A DNA stretch of 63,724 nt, filler included, from Rhizaria sp. SCN 62-66 (lineage: Eukaryota): the NCBI GenBank assembly GCA_001724265.1. It is 3 parts of 3 records of this genome, joined end to end, with 100 filler letters (N's around TTAATTAATTAA, not from the genome) between each part and the next. Parts side by side here need not be neighbours in the genome. Positions count along the whole stretch, not along the records: positions 45,392 to 63,724 come from MEDY01000475.1; 2 more parts are not named here. The stretch is one strand, 5' to 3'. Under the pieces are notes generated by a model. That model was not told the DNA's origin. It saw only the letters and a list, made by a program, of their open reading frames with translations, and did not search any database. Below are positions 46,764-58,237 of the stretch, piece after piece (the stretch's first letter is position 1; each line of letters starts with the position of its first letter). Both the position numbers and the translations under genes were made by a program.

Positions 46764-48472
46764 ACAAGAAACTAGGGATTAGGATCAAAAAGCGAGTTTG
46801 AAACAATGAGGCTAGAACGATAGACGAGAAATTCATGTTTATTATCGTTTTGTTTTTCGTTTCGTTGTTTGAGTATTTCTTCTTTATTTTGTCGTCTTTT
46901 GCTCTTGTTTGTTCTTATTAGTGATGGAGGTGCCGAGTTGTGACGTGTCTAGGATGATCGTTTCACTGTGCTTTGTTTTGATTTTATACTCTACATATCT
47001 GTGTTTATATGTGTCTTTCTCTGTTGTGTGTTTGCACATGTGTGTGTGTGTGTGTTTGTTTTCACTGTCGCTGCTTCTGTGCGTTTTCAAGCACCGCAGT
47101 TTGTCGCGTCAGCTGCAAGCAACACTGCTGCTGTTGAATGCCCTTTTTGACCTGCATATGTCTGCCCGCTGTCAACGCAATCACAATCATCATCAGGTCA
47201 GTTGTCGCAAGGGGCGAACCGCGAAGCAGCAAAAACAACAATCACGTTGTCGTTTTGTTTTTCAGCTTGTTTGTCCTGACAGTTGATTTCTTTCCTTCCT
47301 TCCTTTCAGCCAGCCTCCATCATTTATTGCGTGTGTCCACTCAATACCGCAGTACTGCAATCATTATTACGAAATCCTTGCAATTCCTTTATGGCAATAT
47401 TTGTTTATTTTTCATTTAGTTTAAAAATAAGTCCGCTTCTGCGGCCGTTTCGCGTGCTTTGCGTGTCGTACCTTGCTTTCTTGGCTTGTCTTTACACACA
47501 CATCGTTTGCACGGCCAGTCTAATACACTTCCGTGTTACAGCTTATTCCTTATGAAACGCTATATATCAATGTCGGCAGGGTCATATTCGAGATTTACTG
47601 AGGTGTGCATACATTTAGAGCTGAATCTCGGTCACATTGTTGCTGGGCATCAGGGTGCATTTTGGCCATGTGGTTAGTGGTGGGCTGATGACGGTCAACC
47701 TGAGCGGCAGATTTAAAAGACGTTTTTCGCACCACCGCAACCGTTACTGTTGCAGTAGCCAATGTTTTAGTACGACAATGGGGTTTGTTTCAATATATGT
47801 TGTTTCCATTGCACCTAATATTCGATCTTTCGACACTGCGTGGTGTCTTGCGCAGGCCTTCCTCGAGACCCCACGCCTGCAGTCCGATCTTTGCCTTGCT
47901 ACGCCTGGGCAGCCACACTCTCCGCTTCTGTGTGGTTATGCTACTACTGTTTTCCGATGTGCTTAAGTGCACTCTTTACATTTTCATTATTCATTCACTC
48001 TCAAGTGCTTTGCATCACCGTCGACAGGCCACAATATGGCGCGGTTGAGCGGGTTGTTTCACCTATCGTCGGAGTATCGCGTCAACAGCTTCGGAGTTTA
48101 CTTTAACATCGACATATTGATTTAAGCCTTCAACATGTATTACCGCATCTTCTAACCTTTCTTACCCCCCTGGTTATTCCGTGACTTGACATACTTTATC
48201 CCTCTGTTGCCCTACTGAAGGCTTCGTCCACGCAGGCTAGTTAAACTTGCGTTGCGAGCTTTCGTTCCTTGAGCTCCGAGTCCTATCTCACTACAACTCG
48301 GAGGACTCTTCCCTCATTCATAGCGCTATCAGCGCTCTCCCATTTCTCCTAGTCTTGTCCTCGCGGTGACTTAGGCAACAGCAACCGCAGTTTCTGCTTA
48401 CAGACAGAGCGTCGTTTGAGTTGCATTGATCTTGCTCGTCCCTGATCTTGCGCCTCCCTGAAGCGATCCGTG

Positions 48473-51400
48473 ATGGCGACTTTGCGCGTGTTGAACTTCA
48501 ACACCTGGGACCTGCCCTACTCCAAGGACCTGTCCCTCCGCATCCCCATCCTCTGCCGCATCCTCGCGCTAAACGACCGTGACCCCGTGGCCGTGGGCGC
48601 CATATCCCAGGCAGAGTTCGATGCCCACGTCGACTTCCTCCGCGCCAGCGCCAACGCCAGCGCCAGCGCGTCGAGAGTGGGCGTGTCGACCGGCGTTGTG
48701 GGCGCCGGAGTGCTCGCGTCCAGAGCCGCTGGTAGTCCTAATGCTCACACCGACTCTAACGCCAGCGCGAGCGCTAGCGCTAGCTCGCGCGCGAGCGCTA
48801 GTGTGACTCCCCAGCAGTACCATCGGACCTTCTCCAACGCGTCCGCTTCCGCTGCGACGTCATCGTCGTCATCAGCGACGACGTTTCCCGTGCCCACACC
48901 CGTCCCCATCTCGGCCTCGGCCCCCGTCGCCCCAGCGCCGCTCGCAGCGCCCGCTGTGCCCCCCAACCCCAACCCTGTCTCAGCCTCAGCGGCAGTGTCC
49001 GCACCTGACACCATCTCCGTCTCTGTCTCTGGCACGACGTCGCCCGCCGGATCTGCCGCCGCGTCCCTCTCTGACGCCCACTTTGCGGCCACCTCAAGCA
49101 CCGGCGCGCACTCGTCCACGGTCAACGTCGCGGCAGTGAACGCGGCGGCAGTGATGACGCCCCCGCCGTACCTGCGGGGCTATGACATCATCGGTTTCGA
49201 GGAGGCCTTCATGTCCAAAGACCGTGAGGCGATGATCCTTGCCGCGCGCGCCGGCGGGCTCCAGTATGCGCATTTCTTCGAGTCCGGCATGGGTTTCCCC
49301 GCCTACCCCGCCGGCGGCTCCCCGTCGGGCCTCATGATCCTGTCGCGCTTCCCGATCATCCAGACGACTTTCCACCGGTACGCGCTGAACGGCAAACCGC
49401 AACGCCTGCTGCACTGGGACTGGCACGTCGGCAAGGGCGTCGGTCTTGCCCGCATCTCCACGCCCTTCGGCCTCGTCGACGCGTACGTCTCGCATTTCGT
49501 CGCTTCTTATGCGGTCACCCCGGCCGACTACGACGAGTACATGGCGGACCGCGTTGCGCAGGCCTACGAGTGCGCCGAATTCATCCAAATGTCGCGCCGA
49601 GCGCCGCTCGCGCTCATGTTCTGCGACCTCAACTCGATGCCAGACTCGCAGCCCTACGCGATCATGGCCAACCTGGCCGGCATGACCGACTCCTACGGCC
49701 ACGCCAACCCGCACGACCCTGGGCACACGTGCAACACGAACAAGTACGCCGACGGCCACTCGCGCCGCGTCGACTACGTCTTCTACGCGGCCTCCCCGCT
49801 GCCCTCGCTACCCGACGACCTCCCTGGCGCCGCGCGCGCGATGGCAATGTCCGGCGCGCCTCTGGGCACGGGCCCCGCGGCCGCGCTGGCGCAGTCGCTG
49901 CAGCGCGTCGCCGCCCGGCCGCGCACAGCGGGCACCAAGATCGAGGTGTCGGCCGAGGCCGAGTCGTTGCTGCAGCGGGCGCTGGGGTCGACCGGCGTGG
50001 TGCGGAACACCGAGCGCGGCGCGGACCTGTCGATCACAGTCAGCAGCGACCTCTGCGCGCCCACGCTCTCACTCTCCTCCTCCGGCTCCGCGAATAACAC
50101 TGTCGCTGGCGCCGCGAACACGGCGGCGAACGGGGGGAATAACACGCCCCTGACCGCGTTGTCACTGACTGTCTCCGCCTCCGGCAGCGGCAGTGCACAT
50201 CAGTCCTCGAGCCCACACCTCTCCGCTCTCCCCGGGGGCTTCAACGCCGCTAACGGCTTTGCAGGCGGCGTCGCGACGGGCTTCCTCTCCCCGGGCCCGC
50301 TATCACCGGGCAGCACGGCCTCGCGCTCCGCCGCGCCGGACGCCCTCGTGCGCTCTTTCGCGGCCCGCTCCTCTCGGCCTAACCTAAGCCACGCGCAGTG
50401 GGAGCTGCGGTCCGCTGAGCTCGTGCTCGACGACCCACTGTGCTCGCAGTCCTTCCCGGTCATCCGCCCCTCGGCGCACCAGCGTGCTCTGGCGCTGGCG
50501 CTTACCGGCGCCTCTCTCGCCACCGGCGAGCCCGTCGTCACGGACGACGACGACAGCGGCGGGAGCAGTGGCGGCGCCGTGTTCCACCTCTCGGACCACT
50601 GCGGCATCTCGGCCACGTTCGTGCTCAACGTGCCCTTGCCCGACGGCCTCGCGTCCCCGTACTTCGCTCTGTCTGACAGCAACAGCTACAGCAACAGCAC
50701 TCTTGGCATTAGCCTTAACAGCGGGAGCATCGCCGCGTCTGCCGCTGCGGCGGCGGCCGGCCTCACTGCAGTCTCCCCGCACAGTGGCTTCACCAACGCG
50801 CAGCGGCCCGCGGCCGGGGGCGGCGGCAACAGCGGAGTCTACGGCGCGCTTCCGGCGCCCAGCGTGAGCGTGCTGCCGCTGCCACTGCCCCGCAGCGGCA
50901 ACCCGCAGGCCCCGTCGCCAGCGCTTTCGTCGCGTTCCTCGGTCGCGCCCCTCGCGGCCGGGCTCGCGGGCGCGTCGGGCCGCGCGCGCCGCTGGTCCAT
51001 CGTCGGCTCCCCGCTGGACCTGGACCTGACGCGCGAGCAGGAGGCCGTGCTGCGCCGCGCGCTCAAGACGATCGAGACGGGCATGGTCGACGCGCGCGCC
51101 CGCCAGTCGGCCTCGCGGCAGCGCCATCTCGCCATCTTGCTGATTGCCGCGGCGTTGGTGTGGGCGGCGTGGACCGAGCGCGTCGGCGTGTGGTGGCTCG
51201 TTGCCGTGCTGCCACTGCTCACGCTCGCCGCGACGGCCGAGTTCTACCTCCACACGATGTTCAGCAACGAGGAGCAGTCGGCGCTGTCGGCTGCGTGGCA
51301 CGCCATGGCGCTGCGGCTGCAGCTGGGTCCCACCGTCTCGCTGTACAACATCCGCCAGCGCGAGCACATGACCTCGGCGGCGCTGCGGGCCGGGGGCGAC

Positions 51401-51913
51401 GTCGGCGGTCTGTCCGCGGCGCCGTCGTCCACCGGCGGGAGCTCACGCTCGCTGCGGGCCGGCCTGCCGGAGTTCGCTGATGAGCACGGCCACGGGCACG
51501 GCTACGACGGGGACGCTGCGGCGGCGCGCGCGCTCGGCCTCGCCCCCGGCTCGGGCTCGGGCGCGACTGCGGCGGGAACGAGCACGCGGAACCAGGATGG
51601 GTATCACTATGCGCAGGCCGCGGCGGCTCAGGCGCCGGGGATTTTCGGCCGCGTCATCAATCTTGTGCAAATGCTCACTGGCGTCGGCGGCGGGCGCAAC
51701 CCGCATCATCACGGGAAGAACTCCGCTGCGTCTGCGTCCGCTTCGGCGGCTGCGGCGGCGGCGAGCACGGGCGGAGTCGGTGCTGGTCCCGCCGCCGCTA
51801 GGGCCGGCCGAGCGGCGGCCGCGGCGGCGGAGACGGAGGGGCTGCTCACGGTCGACGTGCAGGAGGTCAGCGGACTGCTCTCGGGCAAGTACCGCCGCGA
51901 CACCAAGGACTAA
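48473..51913 (+). CDS. Neutral sphingomyelinase / ISC1-SMPD2-like phosphodiesterase (EEP fold) with C-terminal TM pair
   Basis: LRVLNFNTW, YDIIGFEEAF, SGLMILSRFPI, YALNGKP..HWDWHVGKGVG, CDLN, RRVDYVF, SDHCG; two C-terminal hydrophobic helices. Single exon, stop TAA. Confidence 0.9.
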   Translation: MATLRVLNFNTWDLPYSKDLSLRIPILCRILALNDRDPVAVGAISQAEFDAHVDFLRASANASASASRVGVSTGVVGAGVLASRAAGSPNAHTDSNASASASASSRASASVTPQQYHRTFSNASASAATSSSSSATTFPVPTPVPISASAPVAPAPLAAPAVPPNPNPVSASAAVSAPDTISVSVSGTTSPAGSAAASLSDAHFAATSSTGAHSSTVNVAAVNAAAVMTPPPYLRGYDIIGFEEAFMSKDREAMILAARAGGLQYAHFFESGMGFPAYPAGGSPSGLMILSRFPIIQTTFHRYALNGKPQRLLHWDWHVGKGVGLARISTPFGLVDAYVSHFVASYAVTPADYDEYMADRVAQAYECAEFIQMSRRAPLALMFCDLNSMPDSQPYAIMANLAGMTDSYGHANPHDPGHTCNTNKYADGHSRRVDYVFYAASPLPSLPDDLPGAARAMAMSGAPLGTGPAAALAQSLQRVAARPRTAGTKIEVSAEAESLLQRALGSTGVVRNTERGADLSITVSSDLCAPTLSLSSSGSANNTVAGAANTAANGGNNTPLTALSLTVSASGSGSAHQSSSPHLSALPGGFNAANGFAGGVATGFLSPGPLSPGSTASRSAAPDALVRSFAARSSRPNLSHAQWELRSAELVLDDPLCSQSFPVIRPSAHQRALALALTGASLATGEPVVTDDDDSGGSSGGAVFHLSDHCGISATFVLNVPLPDGLASPYFALSDSNSYSNSTLGISLNSGSIAASAAAAAAGLTAVSPHSGFTNAQRPAAGGGGNSGVYGALPAPSVSVLPLPLPRSGNPQAPSPALSSRSSVAPLAAGLAGASGRARRWSIVGSPLDLDLTREQEAVLRRALKTIETGMVDARARQSASRQRHLAILLIAAALVWAAWTERVGVWWLVAVLPLLTLAATAEFYLHTMFSNEEQSALSAAWHAMALRLQLGPTVSLYNIRQREHMTSAALRAGGDVGGLSAAPSSTGGSSRSLRAGLPEFADEHGHGHGYDGDAAAARALGLAPGSGSGATAAGTSTRNQDGYHYAQAAAAQAPGIFGRVINLVQMLTGVGGGRNPHHHGKNSAASASASAAAAAASTGGVGAGPAAARAGRAAAAAAETEGLLTVDVQEVSGLLSGKYRRDTKD

Positions 51914-52450
51914 GAGCTCGACTTAAGAGAAAGGAGACCTGACTGGTCACTCGGCGAGATTGGCTGGAGGCAGTAAACGCACGTTTTAAGTTTGTATTGC
52001 GACCGGCCTGGCGTTGAATTTAGGTGCATAGATAGCACGAAGATATGATATTCTATTAAACAATGACAATTTATCCTTATACAAAGATATTGTTTCAGAC
52101 ATGTCGCTGTCGCATCTTGGATGTAGTTGGTCGCGTGCCACTTTTTCGGAACCGCTGTTGGGGAAGCGAGGGAAAGCAGACGGCACGAGTCGGCCTTGCA
52201 CTTAGAAAGAAATCCTATTTCTTCGTTTCGAGCGACAGTAGACGCACGCATGCGTGGTTGGTTTACGTTCTTAACTGATCGGGCAGTTCCATGTTTATTT
52301 AGTTTCACCTCTGTTAAGCGCACACACTGAGCTATTGTCGATGATATAACTTTCGCCTGTCCTCCCCACACCCGAACGCTCACCCTTGCTGTTTCATTCC
52401 CGTGCGTCTCTCGCTCTTCGCAGGCACCCCAGCCACGGTTCCTGACAGTG

Positions 52451-55400
52451 ATGTCGGACGATACTGTTAGCTGGTACGTCTTCCTCTAACTCTTATTTGC
52501 TGCAGAGCCTTCGCAGGCACCTGCCGAAAGTGGCCCGTTTTGCTTCTTTTCTCTGCTCTCCCCTTAGGTCTTCTTACCATCCCTTCGTTTCACTCACCTG
52601 ACACCCTTTGTGCCTCGCGCGCGCTCACCTCACTCCTTCTTGCATTTTCCCCACGCCACTATCTCTCTTGTGCAGGTACTATGCTGGAGCGCAGGGCCAG
52701 GCCGGCCCTGTCCAGCGGGCAGAGCTCAAGACTGCTTACGAGGTATGCAAACAATCGCAACACTCCCTTTTGGCCATTCGTTTCGTGCTTTGCATCGATT
52801 CTCCGCACACTTTTCTGCATGCAAACTTAACAATAACTTGTAATTTCTCACGCTTCATTGTCTTTGTCTTTTTTTTTTCTCATTTTGTACTCGCTTTGCG
52901 TGAATTGTTGTACTGCCCGCGCAGACCTCTGTCATTAATGACGACTCCCTCGTCTGGAACGAGACCATGACCGGCTGGACTCCCGTCAGCCAGGTCCCCG
53001 GCCTTCTCGAGTACGTCAAGCCCGCTCCTGTTGCCGTCCCCGTTGCTGCAGCGGCAGCTGTGTCCCCCGCGGCCGCGTCTGGCCCGCAGTTCAACCCCTT
53101 CGCCGGCGGTGGTGGCAACGACCTCGCCTCCATCCTTGCCGCGCGCGCCCAGCGTGCCGCCGCCACCCCCGCCGCCGCACCCGCGGCCACGGCCTTGCCC
53201 GCCGGCACTTCCTCGGGCTTCCCCCGCGCCGCCGCGCCCGTCGCGTCCCTTGTCGCCGCTACCGCGGCCCCCGCCGCGGCCGTGACCGTGACGCCTCTGG
53301 CTACCAACGCGGCCCCCGCGAACCCGGCCGCCGCGGCGCTGGCCGCCGCCGTGGCGTCTCCGACCGCCCTGCGCAGCGCGCTCGCGTCCCCGCGCGCCAC
53401 CGGCGCTGCGGTCGAGGAGGAGAAATCCGTGCCCACTAAGGCCGCCCCGCCGCCGCCCGCTAAGGCCGCCGGCGAGGACGCGGGCTGGGTCGAGCTGCTG
53501 ACGCCCGAGAACGTGCCATACTACTACAACAAGGTGACGAAGGCGACGACGTGGGACAAGCCCGACTGCCTCAAGTCCTCGGACGAGCTTGACAAAGACG
53601 GTGAGTGGGTCTGGATGCCGCACGCCGACTGGGGCTTCGTCCCGGCCCGCATGTCGCAGCAGAAGTGGTCCGACGGCAACCACCATGTCGAGACCGAGGA
53701 CGGCGCGCAGCACACTGTGTCGGGCAAGATCCAGCTCGATTCGCTCATCTGGTCCTCGCTGCGCCGCAACGTGAGCGACCTCGTTATGCTCGACGACATG
53801 TCGCTGCCGCTCATCCTGCACGCACTCAAGTCGCGCTTCCAGAAGAATGAGATCTACACCAATGTCGGCACCATCCTCATCTCGGTCAACCCGTACAAGC
53901 GCCTGCCGCTGTACACGCCCACGATTATCTCGCAGTACCACAAGCGCGGCAACAAGGTCATGGCGCCCCACGTCTACCTCGTCACGTCCTCGGCCTTCAA
54001 CAACCTCATCGAGGACCGCAAGCCGCAGTCGATCGTCATCTCGGGCGAGTCCGGCGCCGGCAAGACCGAGTGCACGAAGCAGGCGCTGCAGTTCCTGGCC
54101 GAGATCGCCGGCTCGTCGACCTCCAACGTCGAGCAGAAGATCCTCGCGTCGAACCCCATTCTCGAAGCCTTCGGCAACGCCAAGACGGTGCGCAACAACA
54201 ACTCGTCCCGCTTCGGCAAGTACGTCGAGATCAACTTCGACCACAACCTCCAGATCACCGGCTCCACCAACACCAACTACCTGCTGGAGAAGATCCGTGT
54301 CGTCAAGCAGTCCCCCGGCGAGCGTAATTACCACGCCTTCTACCAGCTCTGCCGCGGCGCGCCCGCCGCGCTTAAGACCCAGCTCCGGCTCCGCGACGTC
54401 TCCGCGTACTGGTACCTGTCGCAGTCCGGCTGCGACACGGTCGACGACGTCAACGACGTGGCCGAGTACGAGGACGTGCTCAACGCCATGCGCGAGCTCG
54501 GCTGGGCACAGTCGGAGATCGACGACGTGTACCGCACGCTGGCCGGTGTGCTCCACCTCGGCAACATGCAGTTCACGGCCACCGGCGACCGCAAGTGCGA
54601 GATGGCCAACAAGGACGCGCTCGACGCCACCACCACGCTGCTCAAGCTCGACCCCGCCGGCTTCGCCAAGGCCGTCACCACGCGCGTCATGCGCGTGACG
54701 GGCCAGCAGGACATCGACGTCTTCCTCTCCAAGGAGGAGGCTGAGGCTGCGCGCGACGCGCTCGCCAAGTTCATCTACGAGAAGCTCTTCGACTGGATTG
54801 TGCAGCGCATCAACAAGTCCATCGGCAAGGGCACTGTCGCGACGGGCCCCAGGGGCGCGGCGACGATTTCCATTCTTGATATCTTCGGCTTCGAGATCTT
54901 TGAGCACAACCAGTTTGAGCAGCTCTGCATCAACTTCACCAACGAGAAGCTGCAGCAGTTCTTTAACCAACACACGTTCAAGAAGGAAGAGGAAGTCTAC
55001 ACCTTCGAGGGCGTCACGTTCACCCACGTGCAGTACATCGACAACCAGCCCGTGCTTGACCTTATCGAGCTCAAGCCCGCCGGCATCTTGCCCATGGTCG
55101 ATGAGGAGATCAAGATGCCCAAGGGCTCCGACAAGACGTTCGTGGAGAAGCTGGTCTCTGCGCAGAGCAAGAACAAGGACTACTTCAAGCCCTTTATGAA
55201 GGACCCCAAGATGTTCGTCGTCGAGCACTACGCCGGCACGGTCCGCTACGACTCGACTGGCTTCCTGGAGAAGAACCGCGACCAGCTCAACGACGACGCC
55301 TACGCCGTTATCCAGCAGTCGCAGCTGCCTTTCCTCGTCACGCTCTTCGACGAGCGCGCCATGGCCTCGTCCACCGCCACCGTGTCGGGCGGCCGCAAGG

Positions 55401-58237
55401 CCACGCTGGGCTCTAAGTTCGCCCGCCAGCTCACGGACCTGATGACTGCGCTTAACGCGACGGAGCCGCACTACATCCGCTGCGTCAAGCCGAACCCGAA
55501 CAAGGCGCCGATGGAGTTCCACCCCGTCATCGTGCTTGAGCAGCTCCGTTACTCCGGTGTGTTCGAGGCCGTCAAGATCCGCAAGTCCGGCTTCCCGTTC
55601 CGCTACACGCACTCTGACTTCGTCAAGCGGTTTAAGTGCATCATGCCGCCCAAGACGACGTTCCCGTCCGACATCGCCGGCTGCCGCACGCTGATCAAGG
55701 AGATGGGCCAGACCGAGGACAAGGTCCAGATCGGCAAGTCGCGCGTGCTGTACCGCGCCGAGCAGCACCGCGAGATGGAGCTCAAGCGCAACGTCGCCGT
55801 CGAGGCCGCGACCATCAAGATCCAGACCTGCGCCCGCGGCTGGCTGGCGCGCCGCATGAAGCGCCGCCTGCGCGACGCCAAGCCCAAGCTTATCGCCGCC
55901 ATGAAGACGCGCACGATCGAGGCGCTCGACGCGTGCTTCGCCGCGCTGCCGTACCTGGGTTTCGAGCTGTACGAGCTCACCAAGGCCAAGCGCCTCCGCT
56001 TCGTCATCGTTGAGGAGAAGCGTGTCGAGGCCGAGCTCGAGCGCCTGCTGACCCAGGACCCCGAGCGCATCTTTGAGGAGCTCTCCAAGGCCATCGCGGC
56101 CGCGGACGACATCGAGCTTAAGTCCGCCACGGCCGAGCGCGCGCGCAAGGCCCTTGCGGACATCAAGGACCGTCGCCAGGCACGCGCGTGGCTCGCCGAG
56201 GGCGTGGCTGAGGCCGACGAGGATAAGCTCTCGTGGGCCGTCGCGACCGTGCGCCGCCTCGGTATGGCCGACAGCACTTCGGCCGCCGACGCGATGCTGA
56301 CACACATCGCCCGCGAGAAGCAGCTCATCGCCGCCGTCGAGGCCGCCGCCGCCTCCGGTGGCTTCCTCAAGGAGGGCGACGTCATTTCCCCCGCGCCCCT
56401 GCGCTCCGCGGTCGACGCGGCGTCCACGCACGGCGTCAAGACCAAGGCCGGCATCGCGGCTTTCGCGCGCGGCCAGCTTGTGGCGCGCGTCCGTGAGACA
56501 CTGGTTCGCGCGCAGGGCACCAAGGACAAGGACCTCTGGCGCGCCGTCTCAGACGTGCTGCGCACCGCCGCGGACGGACTCGAGCAGCTGCCCGAGGTCC
56601 AGGCCGCGCTCAACGAGGTCTCGCACCAGGCCGCCGTTGACGAAGTCGCTGAGGCGCTGGAGCGTGCTGTGGCCGGCCGCGACCAGGAGGCGCTGACGTT
56701 CAATCTCGACCAGGCCGCGCGCCTCAAGGTCGACGAGGGCAAGTACCCGATCGTGCCGCAGGGCCGCGAGCTGCTGGCGCACATCATCGAGGTGCGCCGT
56801 CTGCTCGACGCCGCGATGACACAGGTCGAGGAGCAGGCGCTCATCTACGCCGTGCAGTACGCCGAGTCGATCGCGTACGAGACGGCGCAGGTCACTGCGG
56901 GCCGCCAGCTGCGCGACGCAGTGATGCAGCTCAACGTCGAGGCCGCGTACGCGTGCAAGATGCTCGAGGAGGGCCCCATGCGCGAGATCCTCCAGCGCGC
57001 CGAGGCGCTGCGCCTCGTCACGCCCGACATCGCGCAGCTGCGCACGTGGCTGTTCGAGACGTCGGAGGAGAAGTTCGTCCAGGCGCAGCTCAAGGCCGCC
57101 GTCGCGCATACGGACCTCGGCCGCCGCATCCGGCTCACGATCCGCCTCAAGGACATCTTCTTCAAGACGCAGGGCAAGATGTTCGAGTGGGCGCTGTACC
57201 CGCAGCTGCGCTCGCCCAAGGACTGGGCCGACATGAAGTTCATCTCACTCAACCGCGAGAAGCTCGCTGCTGGCGCGCACAAGTTCACCAAGGACTCGAT
57301 CCACGTCGCGTTGACCGAGACGGAGGATTCGAAGCAGTGCGACATGGCGTGCCGCATGTTCAAGAACATCCAGGGCTACACGGGCGTGCGCTCCTACTCC
57401 CAGCCCAACGCGCTGGCTATCGAGCTCATCACAAACTGCCTCGCCGACCCGTGGCTCCGCGATGAGGTCTACTGCCAGCTCGTCAAGCAGCTCTCCGACT
57501 GCCCCCTGCCCGAGCCCGAGCGCCGCGCATACGCTCTCCTGGCCGCGTGCCTCGAGTCGTTCCCGCCGCAGCCGGAGCTGGAGAACTACCTCGAGACGTG
57601 GCTGCGCACGGCCGTGCCCGGCAACCTCCGCGAGCGCTACGTGCGGCTCTTCCACTCGGTCGTGTACGGCGGGCCCCGCTCTACGCCGCTGACGGAGATG
57701 GAGCTCCAGCGCGTGGCCAACGGCGACTCGCTGCGCACGATTGACTTCGACAAGCCGCTGGTGTACGACACGCCGCAGGCTCGCATCCCGCCCTACGGCC
57801 AGGCCGGCGTGTACTACCAGGAGATGCTCCGCCAACAGCAGGTCGACGCGCAGAAGAAGCAGCAGGAGGCCGCCGCTGCCGCGCAGCGCCAGGCCGAGCT
57901 GGGCGGCTATGCGGGCGCGTCCCCCGCGGCGCTCACGGCCGCGCACAACGCCATCGCCGCCGGCGGCACGGCTGCTGGCCAGTATGGCCAGCAGCAGATG
58001 CCGACGATGACGACGCAGCAGCAGTTCGGCTACGGGCCCGAGGCCGAGGCCGCCGCCGTGGCCGCCGCGGCCGCCGCGCCGATGCCTGAGTACGTGCCAC
58101 CGCCCGCCCCCAAGGCCGCGGCGGCGCCCGTCGAGGACCTTGCCAACTGGGCTGTGGCTTACTCGGACGGCACGCCCTACTACTACAACACCGTCACCGG
58201 CGCCACGCAGTGGGATAAGCCCGCCGGTATGGCGTAA
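52451..58237 (+). CDS. Unconventional myosin: GYF_2 - WW - motor - IQ - helical tail - MyTH4 - WW (class IV-like)
   Basis: Exons 52451-52473, 52676-52742, 52925-58237. GESGAGKT, LEAFGNAKT.RNNNSSRFGK, LDIFGFE, IQTCARGWLARR, MyTH4 (LRDEVYCQLVKQL..SFPP), two WW motifs. Stop TAA. Confidence 0.95.

Noticed and set aside
46764-48470. Cluster of short ORFs in AT-rich intergenic DNA (likewise 58240-59880 and 62750-63724)
   Set aside because: T-rich UTR/intergenic composition lacking the codon bias of real genes.
52880-56431. Very long antisense ORFs (1183 aa here; also 60635..62815, 30373..32976, 23944..25362)
   Set aside because: Shadows of GC3-rich sense genes; no recognisable domains.
10200-58237. 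Apparent actin-machinery cluster (ARPC4 + WCA protein + myosin)
   Set aside because: ARPC4 is on a different contig, two spacers away. Only the WCA gene and the myosin are truly linked, and that may be chance.
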